Below, one piece after another: positions 1 to 12,860 of a stretch of 64,000 nt of DNA. Source of the stretch: Setoptus koraiensis (Eukaryota; Animalia; Arthropoda); assembly GCA_048013815.1 (NCBI GenBank), contig CM106585.1:6820001-6884000 (forward strand), read 5' to 3'. The notes beneath the pieces are model-generated. The model was not told the origin of the DNA, did no database searches, and was given only the letters and a program-made list of their open reading frames with translations. Positions within the stretch are counted from its first letter, which is position 1. The number at the start of each line of letters is the position of its first letter. The translations under genes and the position numbers were made by a program.

Positions 1-2
1 CA

Positions 3-3000
3 GATAAGGATTCTAATCTTTACGGTGAAATAAATTATACCCTCAGTGGATTTGAAGCAAAAAAGTTCAAACTTGACACGAAAACCGGAGAAATAATGAT
101 CGCGGACTGCGGCCAACCTCAATGCCTGGATTACGAGTCCGAGTCTATGTACTTTTTGACTTACGAAGCCCGTGATGGAGGAGGAAAGTTCGCAACTGCA
201 AGCCTTATTATTCAAGTTTTGGATACCAACGATCATGCGCCTGTGTTTTCAGAAAAAATCTACAGGAGGGAACTCATTACTGACAATATCAAAAACTACA
301 TTTCTCCTCCATTAGTCGTCAAAGCAAAAGACAATGATGGTCCTAACAACGGTGGCCAAGGAAATGTGAAATACAGTCTAAATGATTCAAACCTAACTGG
401 TCTTACAGTAGATCCTATAACTGGCCAAGTGTCCTTAACTAAACAATTGGATATAAAGAAATTAGTTCCTAAAACTTTCGTAGATCGGAAAATTGTTTTT
501 CAAGCTGAGGTGGTAGCCACAGACAACGGAGAACAACCATTGAGTGGAACTGCTTCGATTGTATTGATTCTTAAGGGTGATCGCGATGGAGCACCAAGAT
601 TTATAAATGAACCTTACCGTGTTACGGTGAGAGAAGACCAAAAACCTGATTTGACCATTTTCAAAGTCGAAGCAATCGATCCGGATGGTACCGATTCTCA
701 ACTACGTTATTCGGTGGGTTATGATAAGAATAGCCTCGTGAACATCAACGCAACCACTGGTGAACTATCCATTGACGCTAATGCTGATCTAGATTATAAT
801 TGTTTCAAAGATAAACGATACAATATCACTGTTTATACAACAGACAACGGAAAACCTTATCCTCTGAGTGCACAGACGACTGTAACACTTTTGATTGAAG
901 ATGTGAACAATAAGCCCCCGAAATTCAGAACAAATGAAGTTTCCTCCATCATCAATGCAGGCAGAACGATGGTCAATGATGTTGTGGCGAAAATGGAGGC
1001 CGATGATACTGATACGACCTCCATACTGAGATATTCCATAGATGGGGAACTTACAAATATCCGAGATCGCGGAGGAGTGTTGTTCACGCTAGACGACATA
1101 GTTAATTCAACAGATAACTATCTTAACGAGATGTCATCGAGGGATAGGATTGACATGCAAACTAGAATAACTAAAATGTTCAGCATTGATACAAGCACCG
1201 GTGACGTTCGGATGTTGATTGAACCAGATTACGCTTTTATATCTTTAGTCAACCTGACGATAAGAGTAACCGATGTGAATCAATTCAACCCATATGGACA
1301 GGAACCAGAGCAAACTGATGTAGCACATTGCTTGATATATTTACAAAATACTCTAGATAGAAGTCCCGTTTTCGCTGCTCCTTGGGGAAACAACGGGAGC
1401 AATTATGAAATCTCCATAGACGAGGAAATACAAGTTGGATCAACGATACTCACACTTGTAGCTAGAGATCCCCCAACAAATCAACCAATCAAAAATATTA
1501 TGAAGGTGACCGAAAGCGATCCTAAGAACTTCTTTAACGTTGAACCTGCAGGAATAGTCAGAATTGCTAAAAGGATTGACTACGAAGATTTACCATTTCC
1601 GAAGCAGCTTAGCCTAAGTGTCAGAGCTATTGGAAATTTGGAAGATAATGAAGTCCTAACAACAACAATGCGAATAATTGTCAAAGTTAATGATCTCAAT
1701 GACAATCCTCCCATTTTCTCCAGTGATTCCTACATAGGGAATGTGAGCGAATCGGCTGTTTTCCCTCATAACATACTTACTGTGTCAGCGGAGGATAAGG
1801 ATTCTAGCAGTCATGTATTCTACGATGTCTCCGGTCATGGTAGTGAATTGTTCGATATAGATTCAGGAGGATCGATATTCATCAGACGAAACGTAAGACT
1901 CGACAGAGAGTTGGAATCAATGTATTTACTGCAAGTTACTGCCAGTGATTGCAATAAAAACCAATCTTCAAATCCCGACCAGTCCGGTTGCAGTCGATCT
2001 TCTACATTTGTAACAATCAAGGTCTTGGATGAGAACGACAACAGGCCTCAATGGGTCATGCTGAATCAGGCCGGAGATTACGATGCAACGATACCTGAAA
2101 CCGCACCATTAGATAGTTTTATAATCCAAGTCAAAGCCATAGATTTAGATGAAGGCTTAAACTCTCAAATAGAATATGAATTATCGCATGGAGATAGTCT
2201 AATATCGAGATCTTTTAAGATTGACTCGGCAGGTTTTATAACTGTTGCAGCACCTATATTGGGTTTTGGACGCCCAAACCCCTACAGATTAAGTATAAGA
2301 GCCTATGACCATGGAAAGATAAGTCAATCATCAAACATCAATCTGATACTTACAATTAGTGATGTGGCCCAGAACGATGGAGTTCCGTTCTTTATTAAGC
2401 CGAAAATAGACGAAAAGATTTCCGTCTTTGAGAATGTAGGGCAAAACCACTTTGTGTACCAGGTGCTGGCACGAGATACTGATGATGAGTCTGCCAGTAA
2501 CAGTAGAGTGCTCTATCAATTCATGCAACCATCCAGCGTATTCGAAATTAATCCTTTTAGCGGAACTATCACAACATCAAATTGGCCAAACCTCTATCTA
2601 GATAGAGAATCGACCCCCAACTATACTCTAGTGGTAGTTGCTTCAGATACTGGAGTTCCCCCCAAGAAGGCTTACAGAACACTGAACATACAAGTTGAAG
2701 ATATAAATGACAATGAGCCATATTTCGAAAGAGACATTGATGATCCGCCGTTAGTATTGAATGTTGAAGAAGAAATGGAACCCAATAGCTATATTGGTAC
2801 GATACAGGCCATAGATAGAGACATTTCGAAGAATGCTATCATTAATTACGAGATTATTGAAGGAAACATGAATAATGTCTTCTTACTTAAGTTTGACATT
2901 GATAGTGAACAAGGAAACAATAAATGCGAAATTTATACTACTAAAAAGTTAGATCGAGAAGAAAGAGAGAGCTACACACTCACAATAAAAGCCAGCGGAC

Positions 3001-4430
3001 ATACAAAGTACAGCGATTCTATAATCAATGCCCTTCAGCACCATACAAGTAGGGGTAGCGACCCATTGATTAGCAAATTAACTGGACATCCCAGGCATCC
3101 GTCATATAACTCTACCGATCTAAGCAAGATGAGAATAACTATAAAATTGAATGACATCAACGACAACAAGCCTAAATTTAACAATCCCAACGCGAAATTG
3201 ATCGTAGACTCCAGCGTTGAGATATACAGTCAACTAACTCAGTTTCAGGCCTCCGATTTAGACTCGTCAGATACCAAAATCGAGTATACTCTGATAGATG
3301 TAATATACCATAGCGATAGTAACCTTATCAGTGATCCTGTCTCGTCGGAGCAGTACAAAACTAATCAGCCTGTGAGTGTCAAGCGTGTGTTTGAAATTGA
3401 TAGATCAACAGGAGTCTTACGCAATTTAGTGCCACTGAGACAGTTTGTCGATGGCTACTTCGAGATATTTGTGAAGGCCGATAGCGGTCTTTACAAGTTA
3501 ATCAAAGATAATACCGATGACACGGTTAATATGCAATTGATTCTGACACAAGCATTATCGAAATGTTCAAGAAATAGTTCTGAGCACAGTTACAATCAAC
3601 AAGATAACAATAACCTCATGAATCTGAGCGAATTGGACAACTGTTTTGTTACAACCACTAGGGCCACGTTATTCATTACTCATCAACGGGATACTTTCAG
3701 ATTTGTGTTCAACAAGACAAAGTTGAATGAAAAAATGGACGAATTTCGTGAAAAAATACAGTCTGCTCTTGAAACACAAATGATTGACGACGCTCACCAA
3801 AGAACACAATCGAGCGAATCTCTAGCCGCAGCTAGGACTGATAAACTTCTCCTGAATGTCTTCAACACAGAATTTTATGAAAAAGAAGACGGAAGTCTGG
3901 ATTATAGTACCATTACCTCTTGTTCACAGCTTGTAAAGTTTAATGAAAACATCCCCCAGCAGCAACCTTCAAGCGAACTACCTTATGACTTTAGTGGGCA
4001 GTTCGGACCAACCAATAATGGACTTTCCCAATCTAGCCAGAATCAGATCATCAGTTTTAGTCAAGCGATGGAAATGTTTAAGAATTTAAATGAAACGTCC
4101 CAAAAGACAAAGCAGCAGCAAATATTTGCTCAATACGGTCTCTTGGCAATTGAAAGATGCCTACCATCAAAGACAATGTATAAGATGACGAAATCCGAAT
4201 TGCTCGCTCTGATTGTTGCATCTTTAATTGCAGTAATCGGGTTAATATTAGCTTGTGTCAGCTCACGGATGAGAAAGAACTTCGAAAAAGACATCAATCT
4301 GTATCAGAATGCCAAATACCAATACATGAGTCATTACGCCACACTACCCGCTCACCAATCGAGAGCCATGCAACCGGTGTTAAATGGAAATCACTTTGCA
4401 CCACCTTACGGTGCCTATGATTACGAGTAA
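3..4430 (+). CDS. Non-classical cadherin (cadherin-23/Cad87A/Cad88C-like), 5' end outside the window, intronless over the visible part
   Basis: The frame is open from nt 3 (DKDSNLYGEINYTL...) to TAA at 4430. It has repeated EC-domain motifs (LDYE/LDRE, DxNDNxPxF, AxDxD), a membrane-adjacent non-EC region, one TM helix (LLALIVASLIAVIGLILACV) and a short Tyr-rich tail. Confidence 0.95.
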   Translation, partial: DKDSNLYGEINYTLSGFEAKKFKLDTKTGEIMIADCGQPQCLDYESESMYFLTYEARDGGGKFATASLIIQVLDTNDHAPVFSEKIYRRELITDNIKNYISPPLVVKAKDNDGPNNGGQGNVKYSLNDSNLTGLTVDPITGQVSLTKQLDIKKLVPKTFVDRKIVFQAEVVATDNGEQPLSGTASIVLILKGDRDGAPRFINEPYRVTVREDQKPDLTIFKVEAIDPDGTDSQLRYSVGYDKNSLVNINATTGELSIDANADLDYNCFKDKRYNITVYTTDNGKPYPLSAQTTVTLLIEDVNNKPPKFRTNEVSSIINAGRTMVNDVVAKMEADDTDTTSILRYSIDGELTNIRDRGGVLFTLDDIVNSTDNYLNEMSSRDRIDMQTRITKMFSIDTSTGDVRMLIEPDYAFISLVNLTIRVTDVNQFNPYGQEPEQTDVAHCLIYLQNTLDRSPVFAAPWGNNGSNYEISIDEEIQVGSTILTLVARDPPTNQPIKNIMKVTESDPKNFFNVEPAGIVRIAKRIDYEDLPFPKQLSLSVRAIGNLEDNEVLTTTMRIIVKVNDLNDNPPIFSSDSYIGNVSESAVFPHNILTVSAEDKDSSSHVFYDVSGHGSELFDIDSGGSIFIRRNVRLDRELESMYLLQVTASDCNKNQSSNPDQSGCSRSSTFVTIKVLDENDNRPQWVMLNQAGDYDATIPETAPLDSFIIQVKAIDLDEGLNSQIEYELSHGDSLISRSFKIDSAGFITVAAPILGFGRPNPYRLSIRAYDHGKISQSSNINLILTISDVAQNDGVPFFIKPKIDEKISVFENVGQNHFVYQVLARDTDDESASNSRVLYQFMQPSSVFEINPFSGTITTSNWPNLYLDRESTPNYTLVVVASDTGVPPKKAYRTLNIQVEDINDNEPYFERDIDDPPLVLNVEEEMEPNSYIGTIQAIDRDISKNAIINYEIIEGNMNNVFLLKFDIDSEQGNNKCEIYTTKKLDREERESYTLTIKASGHTKYSDSIINALQHHTSRGSDPLISKLTGHPRHPSYNSTDLSKMRITIKLNDINDNKPKFNNPNAKLIVDSSVEIYSQLTQFQASDLDSSDTKIEYTLIDVIYHSDSNLISDPVSSEQYKTNQPVSVKRVFEIDRSTGVLRNLVPLRQFVDGYFEIFVKADSGLYKLIKDNTDDTVNMQLILTQALSKCSRNSSEHSYNQQDNNNLMNLSELDNCFVTTTRATLFITHQRDTFRFVFNKTKLNEKMDEFREKIQSALETQMIDDAHQRTQSSESLAAARTDKLLLNVFNTEFYEKEDGSLDYSTITSCSQLVKFNENIPQQQPSSELPYDFSGQFGPTNNGLSQSSQNQIISFSQAMEMFKNLNETSQKTKQQQIFAQYGLLAIERCLPSKTMYKMTKSELLALIVASLIAVIGLILACVSSRMRKNFEKDINLYQNAKYQYMSHYATLPAHQSRAMQPVLNGNHFAPPYGAYDYE

Positions 4431-4724
4431 GTGAACATTACTGATTACGTTGCATTTGAGATTGTATTTGTGTAATAATCTTAAGTATTTCATATCTTTG
4501 CATGATCTTTTATTATTCGCCAAACTTCAACTAATGTAATATTCGCTAAGCACGACAATTAGATCAATTTACTCAACGTTCTTCTTCTCTAATCTTAATA
4601 TGCATCTTTCTCCTCAGTTCTAGGACGTTAAATCAAGGCTTGATGTATGAAACATGGCAATTTTAAATTTTTACCACCCGACCAGCTCAAAAAAAAAATC
4701 CAACTAAGTGAAAAGTGATACATG

Positions 4725-6455
4725 CTAACTGTATATAATGGAACGGGCGGCTATGAAACCTGTCATGGCCAGTGAGCAGATGATGATAAATAGTCCGGTG
4801 TAATGTATAGTATTCACCAAACGCAATCGTCTTCTGCCTCTCTGAAAAGATGCCTCACTGTTATCTTCTTTAAGTAAAAAATGTCGCGCTCCAGTAACTG
4901 TGCGTTTAGCCTGAACATTCCAATCTAAAAGTCTTAAATCAAAGAAAAACTTCTTCTTGTCTGATGGTGTCAGTGAATCGGCCATTCTCAGGACGTTATC
5001 GCTGTTGAAATTCCAATCACTTGTTGTGAATGGTTTCATGATCTCGTACCCATGATGCATCTTTTTGGTTATTTTCACCATCAATGTTTTATATCCCAGC
5101 AATGAAATAAGCATATCTACAAAGTGGGCAAAGAATAACTCCGAGAATATTCTAGTCAAATTGTAAGTGATGAAATTTGCCCTCGTGTGCTTGGGCGGAT
5201 GTATCAGCGGCCTGACCACTTTTGTAGATGGACGCTCGACAGCTTCCTGCCGTAACAATTCAAAGAAATGTCCCCATGAAATAGGCTTAATGTTTCCTGA
5301 GGTCATGTTATAAACGGGCATCTTGTCAGATTTGATTGCGGTTGCTATGTTTTGGCCAGCAACAATAATAGCATTGGCACAATAATCGACTGGTACCATA
5401 TCCGAGATGGCCCAATAGTTCCAATCAATAGTGCGCAAGATACCTAGACTTGCTAGGGTTCCTAAACCGGCCATTCCATTGATGTTATCGACCCATCCAG
5501 GTTTTGGCTCTTCAGCGGCTGGTATTACAATTGATGGACGCAATATACCCACAGGGAATGATCCAATTTCTCTGCTAACCAACTCTTCGGCCATTGCTTT
5601 TGTATAAGTGTAGGTGTTTGGCCTACCTTCGAGCAGGTGACCAGTAATCTTGTCGAGACATTCGTCTGGCAAGCACCTGTCGTGATGATACATGTGAGCA
5701 ATCAAACAAAATAAGTTAGTTCATGCAAGTGTTAGAGTCGATGAGATGTTATGATAAGATATGCACAGCACCGATACTTACTCGACCATATTGAGAATGT
5801 CATCTGGATTGCGTTCGAGTTTGTGAAGATCTTCGTTAATGTCACGTCTATTACAATTTGAATAAGCGGTTGATACGTGCACCATTGATTTGAGGTCTCG
5901 CATCTCTTTACATAATTGAAGAACATATTTTGTTCCTACTACATTGTCTCTAACGTTATATTTCAGTGCTGCATCAAAACTAACCGAGGCCGCCACATGG
6001 AAAACAACGTTTACCTCTTCCTGCAACAGCTTTCTAGCCGTCGGGCTAAGACCTAATCCAGGTAGAGTCATGTCGCTGTCGATGGCAACGATTTGTTGGA
6101 GTAGCTCGCTACAATCATATTTATCAAATGGTTTAGCTTTGAGCATCTGTACAAGACGTTTCTCAGCTGAAACATCTCTCTTAGATCGCAATAGAACGTA
6201 GATTTTGCCGCAATGTTTGCATGACTCTATTAATTTCCAGAGCAATACCTTGCCCAAGAAGCCTGTCGCACCAGTGATAAGTATGTTTTTTCCCTGGTAA
6301 AATTTCTCAATGACAGACTCATCATTGAGTTGCTGATCAATTTGTTGATGGTTGTTATTTATGGTTGGCTTAATTAATTGTTGGGTGTTACTGCTAGTCT
6401 CATAGCCAGTATGATTGTTATTGACCATTTCGACCGATGTTTTTTCTCCGATCAT
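4725..6455 (-). CDS. FAR: Fatty acyl-CoA reductase, 2 exons: complement(join(4725..5676,5782..6455)), ~541 aa
   Basis: ITGATGFLGK Rossmann motif, FHVAASV, HVSTAY, PNTYTYTKAMAE (YxxxK), RPSIV, GWVDN, a C-terminal sterile domain and a TM helix. A GT-AG intron at 5677..5781 (GA|GTAAGT...CAG|G) joins the two ORFs in frame. Confidence 0.95.
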
Positions 6456-8862
6456 TTTTCTCTATAGAGTGTCGTTGATATGTGCGATATATATAATGTG
6501 ATTGTTATGCTGATTAAACTAGTTATCGGGATAACGTTGTCTGATGTTTTGGTATGTAATGAACTATTGTGAAAGCATGTATGTATATGGAGACTGTTAA
6601 TAAGACACAAAGAAATTTCTTGAACAATTAATAATAATAAAAATGCCAAAATTGATTGTTGTTGTTATTGATAGATGTAATGCCAGACACAACTGTAATC
6701 TTACCTTGTCGTTACATTGAATAGTGTTGTCTGACAATTGACAGTTGGCAATAATTGAAACTTTATATTTCGAGTTGTTGTCTTATGGCTATGGTGTCTG
6801 TCTACGATTATATATGATTGGTGTGCGTGTGTGAATTTTTAATATAAATGTTATATGAATCACGAGAGTAATTCACGATAGAGCGCCAAAAAAGTCCTCT
6901 CCACTATACTGGTAGTGGTTTTTTATCTGTTACAAGTGTTATTGTAATTCATAAAGTGCCTGCTAATATTATACTAAAAACTTTTTGTTATCGCATCTAT
7001 ACTCTCTTTGATCGATTTTAACCACCTGTTGAGTATCGATTGATTATTTTTGTTTTTCTAGAAATTCTCTCGCTTACTAACTGACAAATTGTGAATTGTA
7101 ATATAAGTTTGAAAAGTGCAACCTTTGGTCTACAACAAACTATAATAGCTAACTTGTTGTATTGCTTGATTAGTAACACTGAGAGGCTAATGTTAAATGG
7201 AGTTGAAACATTTCCTCACTTATTATATATATATATGTGGTAGAGAAGAAAGAGAGAAATATAGCATCAGTAGTGTATTACTTTGTTTCAGCATACAATT
7301 GATTGGCGCGCCTCTCTCAAGATTTTGTAGATTTTGATGATAGCCAACAAGATTCTAAACTTTACTAATACTACGAGTATTCGTATGTATTACTAATACT
7401 AATAGTATTAATAAAGTATGCACATAGTATAGACAATGCCGCCTTGCTGGTTATCTTTCCCCCATTTCTTTTTTCTTCCTCATCTTGAGAACTTGTTATC
7501 CGACAACTTGTTTAAGGTATCATCGGAGACTTACAAGTCGGTTACTTAGTTAGTACCGGCAAAATCCGCTGGTGTTGAATGTGGCCGCTTGCGCACACAT
7601 TATTCATCTAACAGATCACACATTATCTGACACGGTTGTATCTCTCATCAACAATCTTACCTATCTCATTGTAAGATCAGTGCTCGTCATCATTTGCTCA
7701 TCACCTAGCCACTCCTAATGAGCTCGCATCACTCATTACCATTCGTTTGGTACGTTTAGAGTGGCGTGTGTAATGAGTGTTTGTCACTAGCGGCGCTCGA
7801 TGGGAAAGTGCCCTCGACGTTTGTCCGGTAGAGCACCCTCATCTGTAGCGATCTATCAATCGGCCAACGATGGATAGAGCCCGACGAGTCATTGGTGACG
7901 AGAAGCAAGTGGATGTTCGTAATGCTGATGATGCAGATGATGCTGATCATTGTCATTGTGAGCATGTTCGCTGGTTACTTTCCGCAAACTTTGTCATTTC
8001 GTCACATTCACGAAGCTTCTACCAGCATTACCATCACAAGCTGCACTACTGCTGCTGATTGGTATCAGGCATTTGCCAGAATGTTTATCTACACACCTAT
8101 TGTGTGGCACGGTGACACTGTGTGAGTGATAGGCAAACGACATTTTGTGTTCATTTGTGGTTGTACATTGCAAAAATCAAATAATTGTCATTGAATTACA
8201 GTGTAGTAGTCGATGATGATTATAACGCCGGACTCTATCAGCTGATGAAGATGAGATAGAGGCGCGATGACGCATCATGATGAGATCGTCATCATCATCA
8301 GCATGAACAGTATACCGATAGACCAGTTTGGGCTTGCCATTGCTGATTTGAAAACCACTAATAGGCACTTGACTTTTTTCAATTTGTTCTGAGGCACGCA
8401 CTTGGCGCATGTGCACCGGCGGTCGTGGATATACATAAATCAAGATGATCACCGGCGCAAAGATTAATTAGACATGAGCGATATCATTGTACTGTTCGGT
8501 TGTGTTCTGTCTGTCTGTCTCTCTCTCTCTCTCTGGGAATTTAATCGCCAATCTGCACCGCCGTCCATCAATGCGTTGTACGCTGTGGCAGGTAGCTCGA
8601 TTGTGCTGATCAGTCAAATCAAAGGGTTCAAGTTCGTCGAACTCCCCGGATAACCCCATCCGAGGCGCAGAAGAAAAGAAGAAGATATTTCTCAGTTGAG
8701 TATATGTTTCACTAACATTCCATGCAGCTAACCAAGAAATATGCATCGCTAAAATTGTATCATCACATGCCGGCATGCAAATGCAAACTGTAGCAATCAT
8801 TAGTAGCGTTCACCTGCGCACCATCGGCCTAGCCGCAAACGTGACGCATACAACTTATGTAA

Positions 8863-8895
8863 TGTGTGTGTGTGTGTGTGTGTGTGACGTCACAA
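8863..8895. repeat. (TG)12 microsatellite fused to a TGACGTCA palindrome; inverted partner of 9747..9777
   Basis: (TG)12 at 8863..8886 is followed by ACGTCACAA, placing TGACGTCA at 8885..8892. Confidence 0.9.
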
Positions 8896-9746
8896 GTGCC
8901 AGGCCGCGGGATTGTCACATAACAATTGTTCACTGTAGTTATATTATGTAATATAGAGTCTACACAACAAAGTATATTAAATATAAAAGCGATTATCTAC
9001 GCAATACCAACTAGTAACTGATGCTGATCCCTTTTATATCCTTGAGCATACTGCGTATGTTGTGCTCATGTTATCTCGGGCCACTAGGTGAGCTAGCGAG
9101 TTACCGGTTGTTGGTTGGTGTGATGCACTTTTGGCACTATCACTGGAGAACCAGTTAACCGGTTTGCTCGCTTGCGTCGGTCAGGTGAGCCAGTGTTGGC
9201 AGTCGTGCGCTTGGCAAATCCTGTTTTCGTTAGCTGTTGCATAGTTGTGCTTGTGAATTGCAACAGTCACAATAATACACACACAATATGTTGGCTAATT
9301 ATTAATTGTGTATATTGCGTATGTACGGCGGCGTGCGAATCGTCTTGGCGCGCTAACGACTTGCAGTGTCGGCAAAATCGCCACTAGCGGCTTTTGGGGA
9401 GCGAGCCAAGAGTTGTGGCAGCTCATGATGCGAAATGCGAAAACGAAGCGATTTGTGGCAAGACCGGGCCAAGGTCACACTGAAAAGTGAACGCAGGCAT
9501 GCAAATAAAGGGTTGTCCCTCGCGGCACAGAGTTCACTGGCAGTGACGCAATCGTGATTAACATTGTTGCGACTGACAGCAGCCCGAGGAGCAGGAAACC
9601 TCCTCATGCATCTAGATATTGGTGGTATTAGTGGAACAATCGCCGCTGAAGGTCTCGGCGGTGGTTGCAACTGATGCTGATGATGACGCTGATGATGTAA
9701 TCTCAGTGTTACCTTAGCCTCACCTTAGCCTACTCGCTAATTTGTG

Positions 9747-9777
9747 TTGTGACGTCACACACACACACACACACACA
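9747..9777. repeat. TTGTGACGT(CA)11; inverted partner of 8865..8895
   Basis: Its reverse complement, (TG)11ACGTCACAA, is identical to 8865..8895. Confidence 0.9.
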
Positions 9778-11340
9778 ATCAGCCCGATTGAATCGGGACG
9801 CTACAGGTTACCTGTTGCGCAATACGCTTGCCCTCGGCTTCACCTCGACAGAGGAAGACAGTAGATACAGTTGTTGATCAGGTCGTTAGCTCGGCGCGAC
9901 TCGGCGCTCGACAACGACAGGCTCATGCCGATTGCAGCGCGTTCTGGCGCACTCACTACAGAATTATTCCGACAATTACGCAATGATCACCAACAAATGA
10001 TGCAAATCACCAGACAATGGTCGCATCCATGATGGTCGCATCACAGTGTCAATATTGGCCCACCACCATGCCGACACTGCCGACAATTATCGCGACAGTC
10101 AGGCGAGTACAATTCCGGTGTGTGCCGTCTAGAGAGGAAATGTTGCTCTCATTGTTTCACTAGTCGCCACAAAGTTGTTGTACTTGTGGCCGTGTGCGTG
10201 CATCTATTGTAAATTTACCTATGTGCCGTATTTGTATCTTTCCGAAAGTTAGTTCTCGTTTCGTCTCGTGTTACTGGCTGGTTGTTTACTTTTGCTGCTG
10301 TTTTCAAAACAATGTTTTGTTCGTCAACGCGACGAAACTTTTTCGCCCACAAACTGGTAAAAATCCGGTTATTGTGTGGCAACATAAGAATAAACAACTT
10401 TCACCGCGTCGATGTCACAGCCAGCAGATCGCAAGCTTTATTGAGTGTGATGCAGCGCATCTGTCAAACAAAGTCAGACAACAATGTTGTTGTGAATTGT
10501 GTTGAATTGTGTTGAATTGGGCAGGCGCTTTGGGTTTGTTTGACTGTTTGCCCGGCGCGACACAACGATCAATGCAGATCGAGTGCGTTCATTTCTGTCG
10601 CTTGTTTATTTCGTTTTTGCTGCCAGAAATTCCCATCTGCAGCTGCCAGAGCGATCAGATCGACGAGATTTGATCGGCTCGGCAAGATTCGATCAGCTTT
10701 GATCAACTTTGATTAGCGATGCGCCGCAACCAACGGTATCTGTCATCGATCGGGCAACGTCACAGGCCCGGCGTATCGCGATCATCACATTGCTGACAAT
10801 TGAACATTGCGAGTGCATGCCTGTTGCCGAGCTGAGGGCCTTGGGCAAGCCGAGTTGCGTTTCCTCAGATCGATTTGGCCACCTTTGATTTGAGTCGAAA
10901 GTTTTGCACACCTTGAAAAAGCGATTTGTCGAAAGGGCGCCTGCCCAAGGCCGGCCAGTCAGTTTATGGGGGCCGCCGGTGCGAACGCCAAGCTGCCATT
11001 TTCGCTGTCATTACAATTATCGCCTTGGACATGCATCACGATACTATTACAGATGTGATACATTTGTGATCGTTGGCTTGTGATGTGGAGCGACTTTTGC
11101 GCACATACCGTGGTCATACCAATGGCATAAACAGCCGAATATATCGTCATAAATATCGTCGTCGTCATGAGCAGCACGTATCGGCAAGTATCACAAGTTC
11201 ACAAAATCAGTAGCAGGCTCGCAATAAATTAATTACAAAATATCGTCGTTGAGCAGCCAGTGTGAACCAGCGGTGCGTGCGCTCGTCAATGGTGTCGCAT
11301 TTGATCATCAAATTTGCATGTAGCATTTAAGTTACATAAT

Positions 11341-11400
11341 ACCAATGACTACTACATCAGTGTACCAATGACTACTACATTAGTGTACCAATGACTACAT
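11341..11400. repeat. 23-bp tandem repeat (ACCAATGACTACTACATYAGTGT), ~2.6 copies
   Basis: Read directly from the sequence. Confidence 0.9.
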
Positions 11401-11593
11401 GGCGAGCTTAGTGTGCTTAATTAGCAGTGTGCCGGCTGGTTGCGAGTGACATAATCACGGTGATGAACTTTCGCTAGCCGACATTCTCACGTCGATGGTT
11501 GATGTTGATTGTTGGCAACTGCACACCCACATGCTTGAGTTGTTGTGGTGCATTCATTTCAATTTAAATTGTATCTTTCTGCTTGTATTGCGC

Positions 11594-11660
11594 TGATATA
11601 CTCACACATGATGATATACTCACACATGATGATATACTCACACATGATGATATACTCACC
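11594..11660. repeat. 18-bp tandem repeat (TGATATACTCACACATGA), ~3.5 copies
   Basis: Read directly from the sequence. Confidence 0.9.
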
Positions 11661-12789
11661 TATACTGATATATTTACAGTAGGTCACGTCACGTGACAGC
11701 TCGTAGAGACTGCCACTGGCGCTTGTCGCTGGTTATGCTCTCTTGCTCGACAGACTCGTTCGTCACACTAACCACACTAGCCACACTCTACTGTCGGCTC
11801 GGCTGCGACACATTGACTACTGCACCGCGTTGGAGTGCCTCAAATGCTCAAATTTGGAGCTGCCAAAAGCTGGTTTTGATTGATTGCTTTTTAATTAATT
11901 AACAAAATTTGACGCTTCGCAAATGGCTGACGCATCGGCCCAGCGATGGCGCCACGATTGCCGCTATCACCAGTTGATGGTATGCTGACTGTTGCCCGTT
12001 TACCTAGCTAGCCCATGGACACTGGCCGTCGATGGGCCGTCGATGGGCCGTCATCCGCCACACTCTGTAATGCACTCTGTATATCATATATGCAGCCGCA
12101 TAGACAGGTGAGCGAACGCGAGTGACTGCTACCATTGGTTGTAATTCGTAACAAGTGATCAGCAATTGACTAATTAACTGATTACTGATGCAACCTAACT
12201 AATGCGACTAATTGAGCCAATCGTGACAAGATTGGCCAGGCCACTCACCTGTTTGTCGGCAAGTGGCGCGGGCCGCTGGCGCCATCTCTCGTCGGCCATC
12301 GTCAACTGGACAACATTTGAACTTTTTTAACTTTACTTCTTCATCACTATGCGTGTTGTGTTGGTTTACATAAACAAAGCGACACTGTATCGACATCTGG
12401 CGCATAAAACTTTTGTTGTTGGTGTCTAGCTAAACTATGCCGATATCCCAGTATACACATATCAACATATCTACATACACATATATAAATATATTACGTC
12501 TTCACTAGTGGCACCAGTAGAGGTGCTCCACTGACATGGTCGCTTCAATGCAAACGCTATATAAACTATCTTGATACTAGTGACTAGTTTTGGCAAGCCG
12601 CTCGCAAGTCTTGAGGCCTATCGCAACGCGAGGGGCACTCACTTATCGCTTGTTATCACTATGCTAGTCTCGGTAATTATTTATTATTATTACGCCATTG
12701 ATGATGCATCTTATCTCGGTGTCGTCGTCACTGTCTAGTCGCGACTTGAATTGCTCCATATTGGCCGTCATAGTCATGATATTGGCCCG

Positions 12790-12860
12790 TATTATGCAGT
12801 ATTATTATACAGTATTATGCAGTATCATACAGTATTATGCAGTATTGTACAGTATTGCAC
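12790..12860. repeat. 10-bp degenerate tandem repeat (TATTATRCAG), ~7 copies
   Basis: tattatgcag/tattatacag/tattgtacag units. Confidence 0.85.

Noticed and set aside
9129-9150. TTTGGCACTA, a miR-96/263-like 5' sequence
   Set aside because: The match is limited to ~10 nt and no complementary arm forms a precursor hairpin.
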